This document shows positions 59,903 through 64,000 of a stretch of 64,000 nt of DNA, piece after piece (positions within the stretch are counted from its first letter, which is position 1; each line of letters starts with the position of its first letter). Where the stretch lies: assembly GCF_009914755.1 (NCBI RefSeq), contig NC_060932.1; one strand, 5' to 3'. Made by a program: the position numbers and the translations under genes. The notes under the pieces were generated by a model. It was given only the letters and a program-made list of their open reading frames with translations, was not told the DNA's origin and made no database searches. The stretch is from the human T2T-CHM13v2.0 reference genome, Homo sapiens.

Positions 59903-61856
59903 TTAATGCAATATGATTGGCATCTTCATAAGAGAAAGATATACAGGGAGAAGATGGCCAGGTGACGACAGAGGCTGAGACTGAGGTGATGCATCTGTAA
60001 ACCAACATTAGGAGCTATAATTGGAGAGGCAACAAAACCTTCTCCCCTATAGTTTTCAGAGTGGGGTATAGCCTTGCTGACATCTTGATTTCAGACTTCT
60101 AGTCTTCAGAATTGAAGGAGTACATTTCCGTTGTTTTAAGCCAACCAGGGAGTGATACTTTGTTATGACAGCTCTAGGAAACTAACACAGCCCCAAAAGG
60201 ATTGTACAAGACAAAGAGGCAAATCTAATACAGTGTGATAAGTGCTATTATACATATGGGGTATGATGGGAATATATGATAGAAATGTCCATGAGTGTAT
60301 ATCAGAAGAAAGACGTCTGAAGGAAGCAACCAAAAACAAACAAAATGAGATGGCAAAGAAATGCCAAGTAAATTATTGGGAAGCAGTAGGATTATTTCCA
60401 AATGGAGAATATCACCTAATTCTCTCATCTACCTACAGCCTTCATTGCCCAGCTCAAACTTTGGTCAACAATCAAAACATTAGTAGAGATGAATCCCAAC
60501 CCAGATGTTCTGAGACTTTGATTGTATCAAACTTTATTTGTAATAATTTTTTATTCTTTTTACATTACATCACTAAGAGAAAAAAACAAACCTTTTTTTG
60601 AAACCTTTAGTGACTAGAGAAACCAATTTGTACTAGAACCCTTACAATTCCGCTAAGCCTTCATGTTAACCCTCTCTTCTTCCTGCCAAACCCTGCCCTA
60701 TGCTCCTACCCTGTCAGTGCTCTGGGTTTCCTGTATTCTCTTGGCTTTTGCTCTGCATCTGATTTGGCTGAATCTCTGCCAATCAGCCTCCAGTAATTCC
60801 TAATTGAACAGGAGTTTTCTAGAACCTCTCATGTGCTCACCAGAGTTTTATTCACCATTGCCCTTTTCTTGCTCCAAGATCACCGTCTTCTCTCTACAAC
60901 TCTAAGTCTCTCTGGGGCTTCCCATCACACTTGCTACCCCTGCTGTTCTTATGAAACTCCTCAGAATGCTGAGCTGAGGAAAGTACACAGTGTAGGGCTG
61001 CCTTGGGCAGGGCTCTCCAGTGCATCTCTCAGAGCCCTTCCCTTCAGCATCTTTCTTAAGCATTGAGGGAGGGAACATGTCCGCTAGCTCTCCCTTGGAG
61101 TGGGCCACTCAATTATTTAGGTCACTAACTTTAATGCTTACTATGGTAGACAGTATTGCCCACAGTTGGAGAAATCTTGGTCAAAATGTGATTTGGGTTG
61201 GGGAGTTGACTGAAGGTGCTTAAATCTTCTTTTGCAGAACTTCTCATAGCATGAAGTGACCATCAGAGAAATTGGGAAACTGCAAACCAGACCTGGCTTC
61301 CTTGGCCCTGTATAAATGCAGCCACACTAAATTATAGACATCCTGCTGCTTCGTCTCAGCTGACCCAGAAATTGAAAGATGCTGATACAGGATTTGTTAT
61401 AGGACTTAATTCTAATATTGATAAAACAAGAACAATGGCTAAGTGATCAGTAAACTCAAAGTAATATTAGGCATCCATATGAAAAGTAATCATATGAAGA
61501 CTTTATAGCAACCTAGAAAATATTTTTGCTATAAAACTAAAGGAAAAAAGTAGAATACAACATTGGCATACAGCTAAGATTAAAAAAAGAGAGTGAAATA
61601 TTTTGATCATACAAATAGTATAAATCATAGCTTTCACTTTTTTAAAATACCATTGAAAATTATGTATAATCCTTTCCTAAAATTCCTTTTATAATCCTAA
61701 AATGAAGCATCAAATATTTTCATTTTTTTCTTGTCATTTTTGGCCCATTATGTACTTGCCAAATTCTCTTTTGCTACTTTGCCTTTAGACAAGCTGTTCC
61801 ATGTCCTTGGAATACATTTTATTATATTCTCTAAGCAGAACATTAATTCATTTAAT

Positions 61857-61882
61857 CATTTGGCATATATATATGCCAAATG

Positions 61883-61915
<33 letters not shown>

Positions 61916-62030
61916 CATACACACACACACACACACACATATTATATATAGGTATATATATACACATACACATATTATATATAGGTATATATATTTTTAT
62001 ATATAATAGGTATATATATATATACACACC
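61857..62030. repeat. Perfect 26-bp palindrome followed by compound (TG)(TA)(CA) microsatellite
   Basis: CATTTGGCATATATATATGCCAAATG then TA/CA runs. Confidence 0.93.
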
Positions 62031-63264
62031 TATTAGAGGTCCTATAACATATAAAAGAATATAGTTATAAAATATTTAGAGGAGGGTTTACTCCTTCAAG
62101 GTCCTCTTATCAAGACAAATTTCAAGGGGAATTCCCTTTGTGATGCCTTCTTAGTCCCCTTTGTATTTAATTTGCCATTTCCTTCTCTGTACACACCACT
62201 TTAAAAGCATCTATCAAATTACATTGTTAACAAGTGTTTATTGCATTTCTCCTTAGCTAGACTCAGGATATTGAAAAAAAAAACAAACCACATTGTCTTA
62301 TTTCTTGTTGTAAGCCTTTAGCCTAAAAATGTACCTAGTTTATGACAGATGTAGGTGACAGAAAATGGAGAGACAGAAAAAAGAAGGGCAGAAAGGAGAT
62401 AAGAAGGACATAAGAGATTAGTCCTAAAAGGAAATAAATGATTTCAACATATGCAGATACAGTCTGACTACAGCACAGGGAAAAGCAGCTTCAGTCATAC
62501 AAAAAACAATGCTACTAGGCTTGCAAGGGGGTGACATCCATGCCCTTGGATTCATTAACTTGGTGCTTGTTAAACTGAACAGCCAACCCTATTGACCTAC
62601 ATTGTCAACTGTATTTATTTTATGATTCATCTTTAGCCAAAACAATACAAGTAGTGGAGCATCATTATGAGGATTTAATTACCTCTAATGATTAGTAAGA
62701 GAGATGTTTTGAAGATAACTTTCGCCTCTTAGAATAATAAATTGCAGATTTTTTTCCTATTAGTTTGTAGCAGGTAGACAAAATGGTGGTTTTTTACTAT
62801 GATGTAACAACAAACTCTGATTTTAGTAACTATTGATTTAACAGGATTGCATGCACAGGGAAAAATACATATACATAATGTCTCTTTCTCTCCCTCTTTC
62901 CTTCCTTCCCTTTCCGTCCTCTTTCACTCATCCCCCTCTCACATACACACCTTACCTCAGTGACAGAGGAAAAATTACTCTGTCAGGCTTCCCAAGAAGT
63001 CCGTAATGAGAATTCAATATCCCTTCCACAGCAAATGTGCACATATACATTTATATATTCATAATTCACTAAAGGGTTTCTCACAAGTTTACACTAGAGG
63101 AGGTTTACATTGTCTATCCCTTTGTTGAAAGCAGTATTGCTTTGTCCTTGCCTATGACAATGATTTGATTTTAGCAGTAAAAACAGTGTTTAGAGACTCT
63201 TCTTATGGAAATTAGACATGTAAAGGTCTCATGATTTGAGTCTTTGAATTTGTGTGGACGTTCA

Positions 63265-63540
63265 AGCATTCATTCATCCATCCATTCATTCAGTTATTCA
63301 TGAAACAAACATTTGTTGAATGTCAATGTACATGGCTGGGACTAGGATAGGGCACACAGATACAAATATTAATGAGATCAGATCACTTGCTCCTAAGAAT
63401 CTCACAGTTGAGAAGAAAAGACAAATAAGTAAAATCAACACATAATTAGAAAAAGAGAAGCACATATAGGATGGCATAGAAGAGGGAACAATGAAGTGTT
63501 TAATTCTGCTTTTGGGGATCAAAGAAGGCATTGGTGAAAC
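63265..63540 (-). mobile_element. L2 3' end
   Basis: CATTCATTCATCCATCCATTCATTC...AAACATTTGTTGAATGTC. Confidence 0.7.
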
Positions 63541-64000
63541 TTATCTGTTAAATCCAGATCCCAAACATATAATAAATTCATGGTGAGATTCAGCAGGTGC
63601 CTCATGAACTGCCTACTTTGAGAGTTGGAAGGGCAAAGATCTCTTTATGTGTAAGTGTGTTTAGTGTGGTGACAAATGTGAAAATTGGGCCTAGGTTTCC
63701 AGGAAATACCCCAGGGATGAAAAAGTTAAGCCAAGATTTTTTTTCATCGAAATGATACAGAAATAATTTGCAATAAGGATCCAAAAAAAGTGGAAAACAG
63801 TGAAGAAATATGATCGTAGACCCAATGTCTAGAATAGTTTGTGGATGATGATATATGAGTGAGGGCCAACCAGACTCTGAACTAATTTTCTGCAAGCCCA
63901 TCCTTATATGTGTAATTGGAGCAGCCCAGGATGCAGCCTGATCTAGAAACACACCAGAGACCACCATTTCAGGGCGTCATGCAGCTAGTCAAGCTTAAGG

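Larger units (their letters stand above)
59605..60189 (+). mobile_element. MLT1C-type MaLR solo LTR
   Basis: TGTTATGGATTGAAT...CTCAGAACGTGAACTTATTTGGAAATA...GCTCTAGGAAACTAACACA. Confidence 0.87.

Noticed and set aside
62126-62136. Palindromic NF-kB site GGGGAATTCCC
   Set aside because: Isolated motif inside a probable L2 remnant with no supporting context.

Overview
AT-rich human genomic DNA; a near-consensus AluYb8 at 19.7 kb indicates Homo sapiens. It looks intronic or intergenic, and I cannot identify the locus. I see no protein-coding gene, tRNA, rRNA, CpG island or CRISPR array. The supplied ORFs are Alu, L1, Tigger1, LTR or microsatellite read-throughs, or chance ORFs. The window is a dense transposon fossil record: about a dozen Alus (J, S, Y, Yb8, monomers), a young truncated L1PA2/3 with a perfect TSD, old L1M/L2/MIR fragments, solo LTRs (THE1, MST, MLT1, MER57A, LTR8, LTR16, LTR33-like) and DNA transposons (MER1B, MER5, MER20, MER53, MADE2, Tigger1). 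Family calls come from recalled consensus sequences, not a search, and boundaries of old elements are approximate. I found no support for a new biological system. The most notable structures are: (1) a ~160-bp copy of an LTR8 3' end plus its unique flank placed 1.2 kb upstream; (2) an inverted Tigger1 segment with an 11-bp inverted duplication at a deletion junction; (3) a nest of MST LTRs inside an L1; (4) a MER53 hairpin carrying a miR-1302-like 21-mer; (5) several (TA)-rich tracts each bounded by 12-13-bp direct repeats; (6) a cluster of strong + strand splice sites at 54-58 kb that could define non-coding exons.
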